The notes: generated by a model not told the origin, from the sequence alone. Shown: positions 17,774 through 26,210, numbered from the stretch's first letter. The stretch: DNA of 64,000 nt from Eubacteriales bacterium (GCA_045543495.1 JAZQMO010000066.1:3007-67006); one strand, 5' to 3'. A program made the numbers and translations.

Positions 17774-18475
17774 ATGATCTTTGAGCTTGCGGGACTGACC
17801 CTGTCCCATTTTTTGTTTTTGTATTTGAGGGTCATGGGCGGCGTGGGCTTTCCTCCGCCCTTGAAAAAAGAGGAGGAGCGGGAGCTGTTTTTGAAAATGA
17901 AAAAGGGGGATGCAGCGGCAAGAGAAAAGCTCATTGAGCACAATCTTCGCTTGGTGGCACATATCATCAAAAAATACGATGCGGAAAAAAGCGAGCAGGA
18001 GGATCTCATCAGCATCGGCACCATCGGGCTCATTAAAGCCATTGATTCCTTTGATGCCGCCTTGGGCAATCGCTTTGCCACCTATGCGGGAAAATGCGTG
18101 CAAAACGAGATCCTGATGTATTTTCGTTCCCAGAAAAAATACGCCTTGGATATGAGCCTGTCGGATGCGGTGGAGATCGATAAGGACGGCAATCCCCTGA
18201 CCATTATGGATCTGATGCGGGTGGAGGATGACATCGTGGATCAGATCCACCTGAAAAGCCGTGTGATGCAGGCCCTTGCGGCGGTGGAAAAACGGCTTGA
18301 GAAGCGGGAAAAGGAGGTCATTTCTCTGCGCTACGGGCTGGGAGGAGGGGCGGGGATCACCCAAAGGCAGGTGGCAGAGAAAATGGGGATCTCCCGATCT
18401 TATGTCTCGCGCATTGAAAAGGCCGCCCTTTTGAAATTGAGGGAGGAAATGGAGAAAAAGAAAAACTATCTGTAA
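17774..18475 (+). CDS. sigK: RNA polymerase sporulation sigma factor SigK (pro-sigma-K), uninterrupted
   Basis: Hydrophobic pro-sequence, then GFPPPLKKEEE...KGD..AREKLIEHNLRLVAHIIKKY...DLISIGTIGLIKAIDSF...FATYAGKCVQNEILMYFR, which closely parallels B. subtilis SigK. ATG 17774 lies after GGGAGG. Confidence 0.8.
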   Translation: MIFELAGLTLSHFLFLYLRVMGGVGFPPPLKKEEERELFLKMKKGDAAAREKLIEHNLRLVAHIIKKYDAEKSEQEDLISIGTIGLIKAIDSFDAALGNRFATYAGKCVQNEILMYFRSQKKYALDMSLSDAVEIDKDGNPLTIMDLMRVEDDIVDQIHLKSRVMQALAAVEKRLEKREKEVISLRYGLGGGAGITQRQVAEKMGISRSYVSRIEKAALLKLREEMEKKKNYL

Positions 18476-18485
18476 GGCGTTTGGA

Positions 18486-18514
18486 GCATATTGCGGAAGG
18501 CGGGCGCATAAGGT
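18486..18514 (+). promoter_or_regulatory. candidate sigma-E-type promoter upstream of SipL-like gene
   Basis: GCATATT, 14 nt, then CATAAGGT, compared with the mother-cell sigma-E consensus (ATATT, about 14 nt, CATACA-T). Confidence 0.3.
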
Positions 18515-18582
18515 GATAGTGCAAAGAAAGTACCACGGTGGCGGTACGGCGAAATTTTTTGCCATCGAGAACGGAGAAAACA

Positions 18583-20136
18583 GTGGCAGACGAAATTTTT
18601 GAACCGAGAAATGTGCGGCTTTTATCCAATCTTTACAGCACCCAGACCTCTCAAAGGGTGGAGAGCGAAGCGACCTTGCCCGATTATAAGGAGGCGGCGG
18701 GGCGCATTTTGCGCATCACCCCTCACGCCAGAGTAACGGAAAAGAGCATCACCCTGCAAGGCCAAAGCGTGGTCTGTGAATTGGAGGGAGCGGTCTCCTT
18801 CCATGTTTTGTACTTGCCCGAGGGGGCAGAGGCGGGTGCGGAAGGGGCGAGCTTTTTGATTCAGGAAAGCTTCTCCCGCACCCTGACCTGTTCCGCTTCG
18901 ACCGAGGGGCTGGATCCCGAGGAGATCTTCGCCTTGGTGGAATTGAAAACGGAAAATGTTTTTGCAAAGCTTGTGGGCCCTCGCAGAATGAATGTGCGCT
19001 GTGAGGTGAAGATCCACCTGAACCTGAAGGGAAATCGGGATTTTTCCTGTTATGAGGAATTGGACCGAGAGGATATGCACTGCAAAAAAACGAGCTGGGA
19101 GGCCACAAGGCTTCTCGGAACCCATCGGGAAAGCATTTCCTTTACCGAAAGCATCACCCTACCCACCGCTTATCCCGCCATTTCCGAGATCGCACAAATG
19201 GAGGTGGATCTCATTTGCCGCAAGGTAAAGAGTCAGGAGGGAGGAATTCGTTTTTCGGGCTATTGCGACATTCGCTGCTCCTATTTTACGGGGGAGGAAA
19301 TGGTCTCCTTTTATCAGCCCATAGAATTTGATAAAAACCTCGGTCTTGCCCTTTGCGGGGAAAATACCCTGTGCAGAGTTCTTTTGACCCCCGGCTACCT
19401 TCATGCCAATCCGGATGTTAATGAGGACGGCGAAATGAAAAAGATCGATTTTGAGATCGGGGCTGATTTGGAGGTTCTGGTGTTTGAAACGCTCCCCTTA
19501 TCCTCGGTTTTGGATGCTTACAGCACAGAATACGAAATGGATCTCACCACGGCCCGATCGGACACGGAGCACCTTTTCGCGTCTTATGATTTTGCCGTTC
19601 AGCAAAAGGCCTCCGTTCCCCTGAATAGCCACGATCTTGTGCGAGCTGAGGATCCTTGCTGTCGGGCGGAATTTGTCAATTCCTATTGGGATGGGAACAA
19701 CATTGTGCTGGAGGGATTCTTGGAGATCTCCTATCTCGGTGAGACCGAAAAGGGCGAAAAAAGAAGCGAATCCCTGCGCCACGAATTTTGTGTCACGGTG
19801 CCCTTTGAAGGAACACACTCTCATCAAAATGAGGAGAGGATCGAGGTGTCTGCCCTTTGCCGAGGAGTGGATCTTGCGCCTGTGGCCGATCAGATGCAGC
19901 TGAGATTTGAGCTGTGCGGCACGCTGGATCTCTATGAAAGACAAACCGTGGAGTACTTGAAGGAGATCTTGCAGGGCGAAAAGCTTTGCGATAGGGAAAA
20001 AGCACTGATCTTCTATTATCCCGATCCCGATGAGGATCTTTGGCAGATCGCAAAAAAATTCCGTGTTTCTCCGCATCGCCTTTTGGGGGAGGGAGATTGG
20101 GAGGAAGATCTGCCGAGAGCCGTTCGCATCTTGTAA
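18583..20136 (+). CDS. SipL-like spore coat morphogenetic protein (SPOCS/DUF3794 region plus C-terminal LysM-like domain)
   Basis: No in-frame ATG lies near the 5' end. GTG 18583 lies after GGAGAA (the alternative is GTG 18538). The N-terminus contains ...TLPDYKEAAGRILRI.... The C-terminus YYPDPDEDLWQIAKKFRVSPHRLL is LysM-like. Size and architecture match my recollection of C. difficile SipL. Confidence 0.5.
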   Translation: MADEIFEPRNVRLLSNLYSTQTSQRVESEATLPDYKEAAGRILRITPHARVTEKSITLQGQSVVCELEGAVSFHVLYLPEGAEAGAEGASFLIQESFSRTLTCSASTEGLDPEEIFALVELKTENVFAKLVGPRRMNVRCEVKIHLNLKGNRDFSCYEELDREDMHCKKTSWEATRLLGTHRESISFTESITLPTAYPAISEIAQMEVDLICRKVKSQEGGIRFSGYCDIRCSYFTGEEMVSFYQPIEFDKNLGLALCGENTLCRVLLTPGYLHANPDVNEDGEMKKIDFEIGADLEVLVFETLPLSSVLDAYSTEYEMDLTTARSDTEHLFASYDFAVQQKASVPLNSHDLVRAEDPCCRAEFVNSYWDGNNIVLEGFLEISYLGETEKGEKRSESLRHEFCVTVPFEGTHSHQNEERIEVSALCRGVDLAPVADQMQLRFELCGTLDLYERQTVEYLKEILQGEKLCDREKALIFYYPDPDEDLWQIAKKFRVSPHRLLGEGDWEEDLPRAVRIL

Positions 20137-20162
20137 AAAAGCCTTCCCGCAGGAAGGCAATT

Positions 20163-20190
20163 AAAAAAGCCGACATTTCGTCGGCTTTTT
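20163..20190. terminator. bidirectional terminator
   Basis: aaaaaagccgac atttc gtcggcttttt between convergent genes. Confidence 0.6.
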
Positions 20191-20196
20191 CTTGTA

Positions 20197-20397
20197 TCAG
20201 TTTTCTGCCCAGAAGGCCCAACCAATATCCTTATCGTCCACACCCATCTTCAAAACCTTGGAGGTCTTGGGGCGAGCGGTGGTCGTAGTGGAGCTGGTAA
20301 TTTCTACCGTGGTGGTGGGAACTTCTTCGGGACCGCAAGAAACCAATGCCAAAATCAGCATGGCAAGCACCAAAATAACGGGAATGATTCTTTTCAT
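20197..20397 (-). CDS. small lipoprotein (66 aa), function unknown
   Basis: MKRIIPVILVLAMLILALVSC is a signal peptide plus lipobox, followed by a Thr-rich linker. It has a consensus promoter upstream and RBS AAGGGG. Confidence 0.45.
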   Translation of the reverse strand: MKRIIPVILVLAMLILALVSCGPEEVPTTTVEITSSTTTTARPKTSKVLKMGVDDKDIGWAFWAEN

Positions 20398-20433
20398 AGA
20401 TAATACCCCTTGAATTCATAATTCTCTAACTAC

Positions 20434-20462
20434 AGTATACAAAAGGAATTCGGTTTTGTCAA
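20434..20462 (-). promoter_or_regulatory. candidate sigma-A promoter of the small lipoprotein gene
   Basis: On the minus strand: TTGACA, 17 nt, then TATACT. Confidence 0.45.
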
Positions 20463-20497
20463 GAGAAATCTTGAAAAGAAGGGGATTTATCCTTCAT

Positions 20498-21367
20498 TTA
20501 GTGCTCCGAGTCCCCACAGCAGGGGCTTATTACCCCCTCTGCCTCGCAGCGGTGCATTTCGGGATAGAATTCTCCCAAGGGAAAATCCATGGAGCGGAAG
20601 AGGGCGCAGGGATCGGTTTTGGGCAGATCGTAGCATCCGCTTCCCGTGGGAATACAGTCGTCACAGGCGGGCACTACCAGCTGTGCGGGGCGCTCCAAAC
20701 GGCAAATACTGAAAACGCCCAAGGAAAGGTAGCACACCTTGCAGCCCGCACTGCTCTCACGGAAAACCCCTTCATAATTGCGGGATACATTGTCGGGGAT
20801 CTGACAAGGACTGCAAAGGCAGACACCGTAAGTGGAAGCGGGATCGTATCCTACCACATTCAGCCGCAGGGCCACAGGCTCTGCCACCTCCACCACCGCA
20901 CGGGGAAGATTGGTGCTCTGCTGAATGTGAGCGGGCAGGGTGGGGCAGAAGCTGTCGGGCAAAATGTCCGATTTGAAAACGGAAACATTTCCCTCACCGC
21001 CGTAGAGCAGAACGCTCTGATCAAACACACAAAGCCCCGCCACATCCTGACCGGTGCCAAGCCCCGTGCAGCAGTCTAAGAGGGTGTGAACATAAAAGCG
21101 GGAGTGGATCTGAAAATATCCCTTGTTGAAGGGCATTTCCTCGGTGTGGATCTGCGTCCACAAAATTTTCACGGCCTTGACCCTGACGGCACTGGCACCG
21201 TCCAGAATCCTCTGTCCCTCGTCGGTCACAAGAACTCTCAGATCCTCCATACAGTCCTGATTTTTGCAGGAGTCGTAGATCCGATATGTATCGATGCAAC
21301 ACGCTCCGTCTGAATTGTCTCTATATCGCTGTGGGCCGCCCTTGCAGCCCTTGGTAGAATCAAGCAT
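20498..21367 (-). CDS. cysteine-rich protein of unknown function (289 aa), possible spore coat component
   Basis: ATG 21367 (MLDSTKG) lies after AAGGAGG. I count about 22 Cys, including CC pairs, CxC and CxxC. There is no signal peptide or TM segment, and I recognise no family. Confidence 0.6.
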   Translation of the reverse strand: MLDSTKGCKGGPQRYRDNSDGACCIDTYRIYDSCKNQDCMEDLRVLVTDEGQRILDGASAVRVKAVKILWTQIHTEEMPFNKGYFQIHSRFYVHTLLDCCTGLGTGQDVAGLCVFDQSVLLYGGEGNVSVFKSDILPDSFCPTLPAHIQQSTNLPRAVVEVAEPVALRLNVVGYDPASTYGVCLCSPCQIPDNVSRNYEGVFRESSAGCKVCYLSLGVFSICRLERPAQLVVPACDDCIPTGSGCYDLPKTDPCALFRSMDFPLGEFYPEMHRCEAEGVISPCCGDSEH

Positions 21368-21395
21368 AAAAGCCTCCTTGAATTGTAGTCTCAAT

Positions 21396-21422
21396 GTATC
21401 TTATGCCGAAATTCAAAAAAGG
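21396..21422 (-). promoter_or_regulatory. candidate sigma-K-type promoter of the Cys-rich protein gene
   Basis: On the minus strand: AC, 16 nt, then CATAAGATA, compared with the sigma-K consensus (AC, 16-17 nt, CATA---TA). Confidence 0.3.
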
Positions 21423-21424
21423 TG

Positions 21425-21452
21425 CAAAAAAAGCGGCCCGAGGGCCGCTTTT
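21425..21452 (-). terminator. terminator after SpoIIQ-like gene
   Basis: GC-rich stem agcggcc / ggccgct flanked by A and T runs. Confidence 0.55.
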
Positions 21453-21457
21453 TGCGC

Positions 21458-22162
21458 TTATTTAAAATACGCCATGGGATCGGTGCAAGCATCGTTCACC
21501 CGAACCTCAAAATGCAGGTGCGAGGGCTGCTCACATTCAATCAGGCAGGTTTCTCCCACACCGCCGACTACCTGTCCCTCCTCTACCTTAGCCCCTACCT
21601 GAATGTCCTCGGGAAGCTGAGTAGAAAGATTTTGGTAGTAGCTTTTGGTGCCGGATCCGTGATCCAAAACCACCGTCTGCCCCATCAGGGGATCCTCGTA
21701 AATTTCAAGGACCACGCCGTCGGTAAAGGCCTTCACGGGGGTTCCCACCGAAGCGGAGATATCCACACCGTTGTGAACACGGTAGTCGTTCATGGTCTCC
21801 GAGTATACCAAAACATCGTTGGAATAGCCTTTCAGCACCTCTCCCACCAAGGGCATGGTATAGCCGGGAGGAGTGGGAGAAGCGTTTACATTTTGCTCGG
21901 GCTCAGGCTCGGGGTCGGGCGTGATCACAGAAACCTCGGGCAGCCTTGAGGTGGCGGGGGGTGTTTGTACGGAGGGCTCCTTTTGGGTGCTCTCCTCCTT
22001 CACGGGCACGTTTTCGCCGTCCTCGGGCAAATGCAAGGGGGAATCGAAAACATTGATGATGGCGCTGTAAACGCCGATGCAAATGACGGATAGAATACAG
22101 ATAGCCAGGGCTATGTATAAGCCCCCGCCTGCGGTATTCCTATTTTTATTGTGAGTTGCCAT
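21458..22162 (-). CDS. membrane-anchored M23/LytM-domain protein, SpoIIQ-like
   Basis: N-terminal TM segment (LYIALAICILSVICIGVYSAII), a Pro/Glu linker and a LytM domain with HNGVD (HxxxD) and HLH (HxH). It lies downstream of yabP-yabQ-divIC. Confidence 0.55.
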   Translation of the reverse strand: MATHNKNRNTAGGGLYIALAICILSVICIGVYSAIINVFDSPLHLPEDGENVPVKEESTQKEPSVQTPPATSRLPEVSVITPDPEPEPEQNVNASPTPPGYTMPLVGEVLKGYSNDVLVYSETMNDYRVHNGVDISASVGTPVKAFTDGVVLEIYEDPLMGQTVVLDHGSGTKSYYQNLSTQLPEDIQVGAKVEEGQVVGGVGETCLIECEQPSHLHFEVRVNDACTDPMAYFK

Positions 22163-22237
22163 AAGGGTTTTCCTTTCTTGCTTTTTTTCTTTGTCAATAG
22201 TTTGAGCGAGGAGAAAAAGAATTATTCAGCAAAAAAG

Positions 22238-22264
22238 AAAAAAGCTGTCTTTCGACAGCTTTTT
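22238..22264 (-). terminator. terminator after divIC-like gene
   Basis: aaagctgtc tttc gacagcttt with flanking A and T runs. Confidence 0.55.
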
Positions 22265-22265
22265 C

Positions 22266-22544
22266 TCAGCCCGGAAGATCGTTGGCATAGACCAGATCGT
22301 CGGGATCTCTTAAATTCAGCTTTTCACGGGCGATGCGCTTGATGGTCTCGGTGGAAACCTCCTCCTCAAGCTGAGAATTGAGCCGCTCCACCTTCAAGGT
22401 GTAGGCCTGTCTCATTTCCGCAAGCTTTGCTTCTTCTTTCTTTAAGGCGTTGATCTCAATGTTTTTATCCACAATGGATATGGCCAAAAAGAAGAGAATG
22501 GCCAAAAAGGCAAGCTTGGCAAAAAAGCCCAGTCTGTGTCGCAT
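22266..22544 (-). CDS. divIC: septum formation initiator family protein (DivIC/FtsB)
   Basis: A single TM segment followed by a coiled coil (EINALKKEEAKLAEMRQAYTLKVERLNSQLEE). Conserved position after yabQ. Confidence 0.7.
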   Translation of the reverse strand: MRHRLGFFAKLAFLAILFFLAISIVDKNIEINALKKEEAKLAEMRQAYTLKVERLNSQLEEEVSTETIKRIAREKLNLRDPDDLVYANDLPG

Positions 22545-22551
22545 AATACTC

Positions 22552-23061
22552 CTACATTCCTTTGGGAAAGCCCCGTTCGGCCTTCTTCAAAAGAATTTGC
22601 ATTTCTTTTTTCCGTTTTTGTTTTCGGTATGCTTCTTTTCCTATTATAACCCCTTTTCGGCACTTCGTAAAGAGGGTAATTGTTATTTTTTTGAAAACGT
22701 TTTTCAAGGGGCGAAGGGTGATCCTGTAAACAAAGAATAGAACGGCACGAATCAGAGCCAAAATTTCGCGGGAAAGGAGCCACAGGATCTTCCCTAAAGT
22801 GTTTCGGTATAAAAAGAAGCCCAGCAACACCCCAAAGAGGGAAAACCATCGGATCACCCCGTCGCTGAAGGCAAAGGTGAAAAACAAAAAGAGGAGGGTC
22901 GCAGGGAGAAAAAAGATCAGATCCTCTAAATTGGTGACAAGATCGGGGTGGGGAATGGCAAGTCGCAAAAAGCGAAACACCTCGTAAAGCAATCCGAAGA
23001 GAAACCCTAACAGAATGGATTGCAAAAACAAGGTGTTGGCCCAAAGAAGGGGACTTTCCAT
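22552..23061 (-). CDS. yabQ: spore cortex biosynthesis protein YabQ
   Basis: Polytopic small protein containing ...LLGFLFGLLYEVFRFLR.... Position after yabP supports the call. Confidence 0.7.
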   Translation of the reverse strand: MESPLLWANTLFLQSILLGFLFGLLYEVFRFLRLAIPHPDLVTNLEDLIFFLPATLLFLFFTFAFSDGVIRWFSLFGVLLGFFLYRNTLGKILWLLSREILALIRAVLFFVYRITLRPLKNVFKKITITLFTKCRKGVIIGKEAYRKQKRKKEMQILLKKAERGFPKGM

Positions 23062-23328
23062 TCAGGAAAACAAGCGGGAAAAAAGCCCCTTTTTGGTGCT
23101 TGGGGCATCCTCGGGATAATACAGGGAGATCACCTTTCCCGTTAAAATGACCTCTCCCTTGTCAAGATCCAGCTTTTCCATATGAAGCCCCTGTCCCGTC
23201 AGCATAAGAGGCCCAAGGGTGCTTTCCAGCTCGGCGGCATCCTCCCGAAAGCTCTCCACGGAAAGGATCCCCGTCAGATTCATTTCTCTTTGCTCCGTCA
23301 GGATCAAAGTATGCTTTTTCTCTTCCAT
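23062..23328 (-). CDS. yabP: sporulation protein YabP
   Basis: HTLILTEQREMNLTGILSVESF...LMLTGQGLHMEKLDLDKGEVILTGKV is YabP-like. Confidence 0.8.
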   Translation of the reverse strand: MEEKKHTLILTEQREMNLTGILSVESFREDAAELESTLGPLMLTGQGLHMEKLDLDKGEVILTGKVISLYYPEDAPSTKKGLFSRLFS

Positions 23329-23375
23329 TCGATCACCTCTTTTCGGTAATCCATTCTATGAAAGAGTGAAAAATT

Positions 23376-23624
23376 TTATGCTTCGTCTATCACCTGATAG
23401 AGACTTTCGGCTTCGTTTTTGCCCACGTGCTCGGGCATACTCAAAACCTTGCAGCAAAACCTTCTTTGGCCAAACTGCACGCAGATCACATCACCGATCT
23501 TCAGATCGTATGCGGGCTTCACGATTTTTCCGTTGACCGAAACGTGGCTTTCACTGCAAGCGTCGTTTGCCACGCTTCTGCGTTTGATAATGCGGGATAC
23601 CTTTAAAAATTTGTCCAGTCTCAT
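23376..23624 (-). CDS. S4-domain RNA-binding protein (YabO/Hsp15-like)
   Basis: MRLDKFLKVSRIIKRRSVANDACSESHVSVNGKIVKPAYDLKIGDVI is an S4 fold signature. Confidence 0.75.
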   Translation of the reverse strand: MRLDKFLKVSRIIKRRSVANDACSESHVSVNGKIVKPAYDLKIGDVICVQFGQRRFCCKVLSMPEHVGKNEAESLYQVIDEA

Positions 23625-23672
23625 ATTTTTACCAAAAAAGAGGACTGCCCGAGGCAGCCCCTTTTGAATCCT

Positions 23673-23948
23673 TTACCGATTGATTGCATTTTTTAGATTT
23701 TTGCCGGGGGAAAAGCAAGCGCTTTTGTAGGAAGGAATCACCATTTCTTCTTGTGTTTGCGGATTGCGACCGATCTTGGCATCTCTCTTTTTTGCCTGAA
23801 AGCTGCCGAAGCCCGAGATCATGACCTTTTCCTCTTTGCAAAGGGAGTCCGTGATGGTCTCAAACACCAGATTGACCGCACGCTCTGCATCCTTTTTCTT
23901 CATCTTGCCGTTTTTTGCCACAAGTCCGATCAGCTGCGCCTTGTTCAT
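23673..23948 (-). CDS. hup: HU family DNA-binding protein
   Basis: MNKAQLIGLVAK...ISGFGSFQAKKRDAKIGRNPQTQEEMVIPSYK. ATG 23948 lies after AAAGGAGAA. Confidence 0.85.
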   Translation of the reverse strand: MNKAQLIGLVAKNGKMKKKDAERAVNLVFETITDSLCKEEKVMISGFGSFQAKKRDAKIGRNPQTQEEMVIPSYKSACFSPGKNLKNAINR

Positions 23949-24064
23949 GAGAATTCTCCTTTTTTCATTGGATTTTATCAGGAAACATGCACTGAGCACA
24001 GTTTAGCACAAAACACAGAATATTTCAAGGAAAATAGTGATTTTCGCCACAAATTATAAATTCT

Positions 24065-24706
24065 TCATTCACATTTTGTACATTTTGACTTAATTTCATT
24101 CAAATATCGTTCCAAAGCCTCTTCCGGATCGATCTCCATTTCGGCACATTCTCTGCAAAGCTCGTAAAACCGCTTGCCGAAATTCAGCTTGGGGTCTGAC
24201 CCGCAGCACACCTTTTCCGCAGGAGCGCCCTTCTCGATAAACTTTTCCGCCCGCTTGAGATTGGGCAGGGCGGTGGAAATGCGATCCAGCGTGTCCCATA
24301 GGCTCCGATCGCCCTTTTCCTTTCGCTTGATCTCATCCCAAGCATCCTGAAGCCTTTCGGGATCAATGGCGGCATCGGAAAAAATATGAGGGTGGCGGCG
24401 GATCATCTTGCGGCATACCCCGCTGATGGCATCCTCGGTGGAGAAGGCCCCTTCGTCCTCGGCAATGCCGCAGTGAAAGACCACCTGAAGCAAAACGTCT
24501 CCCAATTCCTCGCACATCAGGGCATGATCCTTTCGGTCGATGCCCTCGCACACCTCGTAGGCCTCCTCGATCAGGTTGTTGCGCAGGTCCTTGTGCCCCT
24601 GCTCCCGATCCCAAGGGCAACCGTCGGGGGAGCGGAGAATGGCAACGATTTCTTTCAGATCTTCAAAGGAAAAGCGCTCTTTCTGATTCCATTCATTCCG
24701 TTGCAT
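24065..24706 (-). CDS. mazG: MazG nucleoside triphosphate pyrophosphohydrolase
   Basis: LRSPDGCPWDREQ...LIEEAYEV...ELGDVLLQVVFH motifs. Confidence 0.8.
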   Translation of the reverse strand: MQRNEWNQKERFSFEDLKEIVAILRSPDGCPWDREQGHKDLRNNLIEEAYEVCEGIDRKDHALMCEELGDVLLQVVFHCGIAEDEGAFSTEDAISGVCRKMIRRHPHIFSDAAIDPERLQDAWDEIKRKEKGDRSLWDTLDRISTALPNLKRAEKFIEKGAPAEKVCCGSDPKLNFGKRFYELCRECAEMEIDPEEALERYLNEIKSKCTKCE

Positions 24707-26090
24707 CCCGTTCTCCTTTTAAAATCGCCAATAGCTCATATACGCTTCTGATGGGAACAAGCCTTACACCCTCGGGCTTTTTCTTCATTCGTTCCACCTG
24801 CTTTTGGGGAAGCAAAATGGTCTCAAAGCCAAGCCTTGCCGCCTCGCTGACACGAAGCTCCGAATCACCGATGGTTCTGCATTCTCCCGAGAGTCCCACC
24901 TCGCCGATGGCAATGAGATTGCCGGGGAGCCTGATATCCAGTGCACCGGAGATCACCGCCGCACAAAGACCAAGATCCGCTCCCGTTTCATCCAGCCTTA
25001 AGCCCCCTACCACATTCATATAGACATCCCGATCAAAAAAGCGCAGGCCGAGGCGTTTTTCCAATACTGCCAAAAGCATTGCCATACGGTTGTGATCCAC
25101 ACCGCTGGAAAGGCGCTTGGGCGTGGGGAAGGGGGATTTTACCGTGAGAGCCTGTACCTCGGTGATCACGGGTCGGGTTCCCTCCATCAGGCAAACGGGG
25201 CAGGAGCCCGATACGTTTTTCGGACTGTCCTCCAAAAGCCGTCTGCTGGGGTCGGGCACCTCCTCGAGACCGACGTCCGTCATTTCAAATAATCCGATCT
25301 CGCCCGTGGAGCCGTAGCGGTTTTTAATGGCTCTGAGAATACGGCAGCTTTGGGTTCTCTCTCCTTCAAAATACAAAACCACATCCACCATGTGCTCCAA
25401 AAGCTTGGGGCCCGCAATGACCCCGTCCTTGTTCACATGGCCCACCAAAATGGTGGAGAAGCCCTTTTGCTTGGTCAGAGTCATCAGCCTTGCGGCGCAG
25501 GCCTTCACCTGAGAGCTTGAGCCGGGTGCGGCGGAAAGGGAGGCATCCTGCAGAGTCTGCACCGAGTCGATAATGAGAATATCGGGAGCGATCCGCTCCA
25601 CCTCCTGCAAAATCCCGTCAATATCAGTTTCACATTGGAGAAAAACATTTTCCGTCAGGGCCGAGAGGCGCTTGGCTCTCATTTTGATCTGAAGCTGAGA
25701 TTCCTCTCCCGAAACGTAAAGCACCTTGTGTGCCTTCATCATTTTGCAGATCTGCAAAAGAAGGGTGGATTTTCCGATTCCGGGCTCGCCCGAAAAAAGA
25801 GCCACCGAGCCCCGAACGATACCGCCGCCGAGGGTGCGGTCCAGTTCCCCGATCCCCGTGGAATACCGCTCTCCGAACAGAGCCTCATCCTGAATGGACA
25901 GAAGGGGAACCGCAGCGGCAAAATCCTCATTCATCAGGCTGACGGCAGCCTTTGCTTTGGAAGCCGTCTCCCGCTTTGTGATCTCCTCCATGGTGTTCCA
26001 GGCGCCGCATTCCTTGCACTGCCCCGACCATTTGGACTGCTCTGCTCCGCATTCGGAGCAAACAAACAGGGTTTTGATTTTCTCTGCCAT
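24693..26090 (-). CDS. radA: DNA repair protein RadA
   Basis: N-terminal zinc ribbon CSECGAEQSKWSGQCKECGAWNT, Walker A GEPGIGKSTLLLQ, KNRYG motif and a Lon-like C-terminal domain. ATG 26090 (MAEKIK). Confidence 0.9.
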   Translation of the reverse strand: MAEKIKTLFVCSECGAEQSKWSGQCKECGAWNTMEEITKRETASKAKAAVSLMNEDFAAAVPLLSIQDEALFGERYSTGIGELDRTLGGGIVRGSVALFSGEPGIGKSTLLLQICKMMKAHKVLYVSGEESQLQIKMRAKRLSALTENVFLQCETDIDGILQEVERIAPDILIIDSVQTLQDASLSAAPGSSSQVKACAARLMTLTKQKGFSTILVGHVNKDGVIAGPKLLEHMVDVVLYFEGERTQSCRILRAIKNRYGSTGEIGLFEMTDVGLEEVPDPSRRLLEDSPKNVSGSCPVCLMEGTRPVITEVQALTVKSPFPTPKRLSSGVDHNRMAMLLAVLEKRLGLRFFDRDVYMNVVGGLRLDETGADLGLCAAVISGALDIRLPGNLIAIGEVGLSGECRTIGDSELRVSEAARLGFETILLPQKQVERMKKKPEGVRLVPIRSVYELLAILKGERDATE

Positions 26091-26210
26091 ACCGATTCCA
26101 TCCTTCTGTTTTTCTTTTACCATTATAGAGAAAAAGAGGGGGCGTGTCAATTTTAATCTTGCCTTTTTATAAAAAAATCGCTATACTGAAGGGAGAAAGG
26201 AAAGTGAGCG

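Noticed and set aside
17774-18475. skin-like intervening element in sigK
   Set aside because: The reading frame is continuous from the pro-sequence through region 4, and no recombinase or prophage-like insert is present.
17672-18565. 297-aa ORF antisense to sigK
   Set aside because: The sense strand encodes an unmistakable SigK. The antisense product has no recognisable features.
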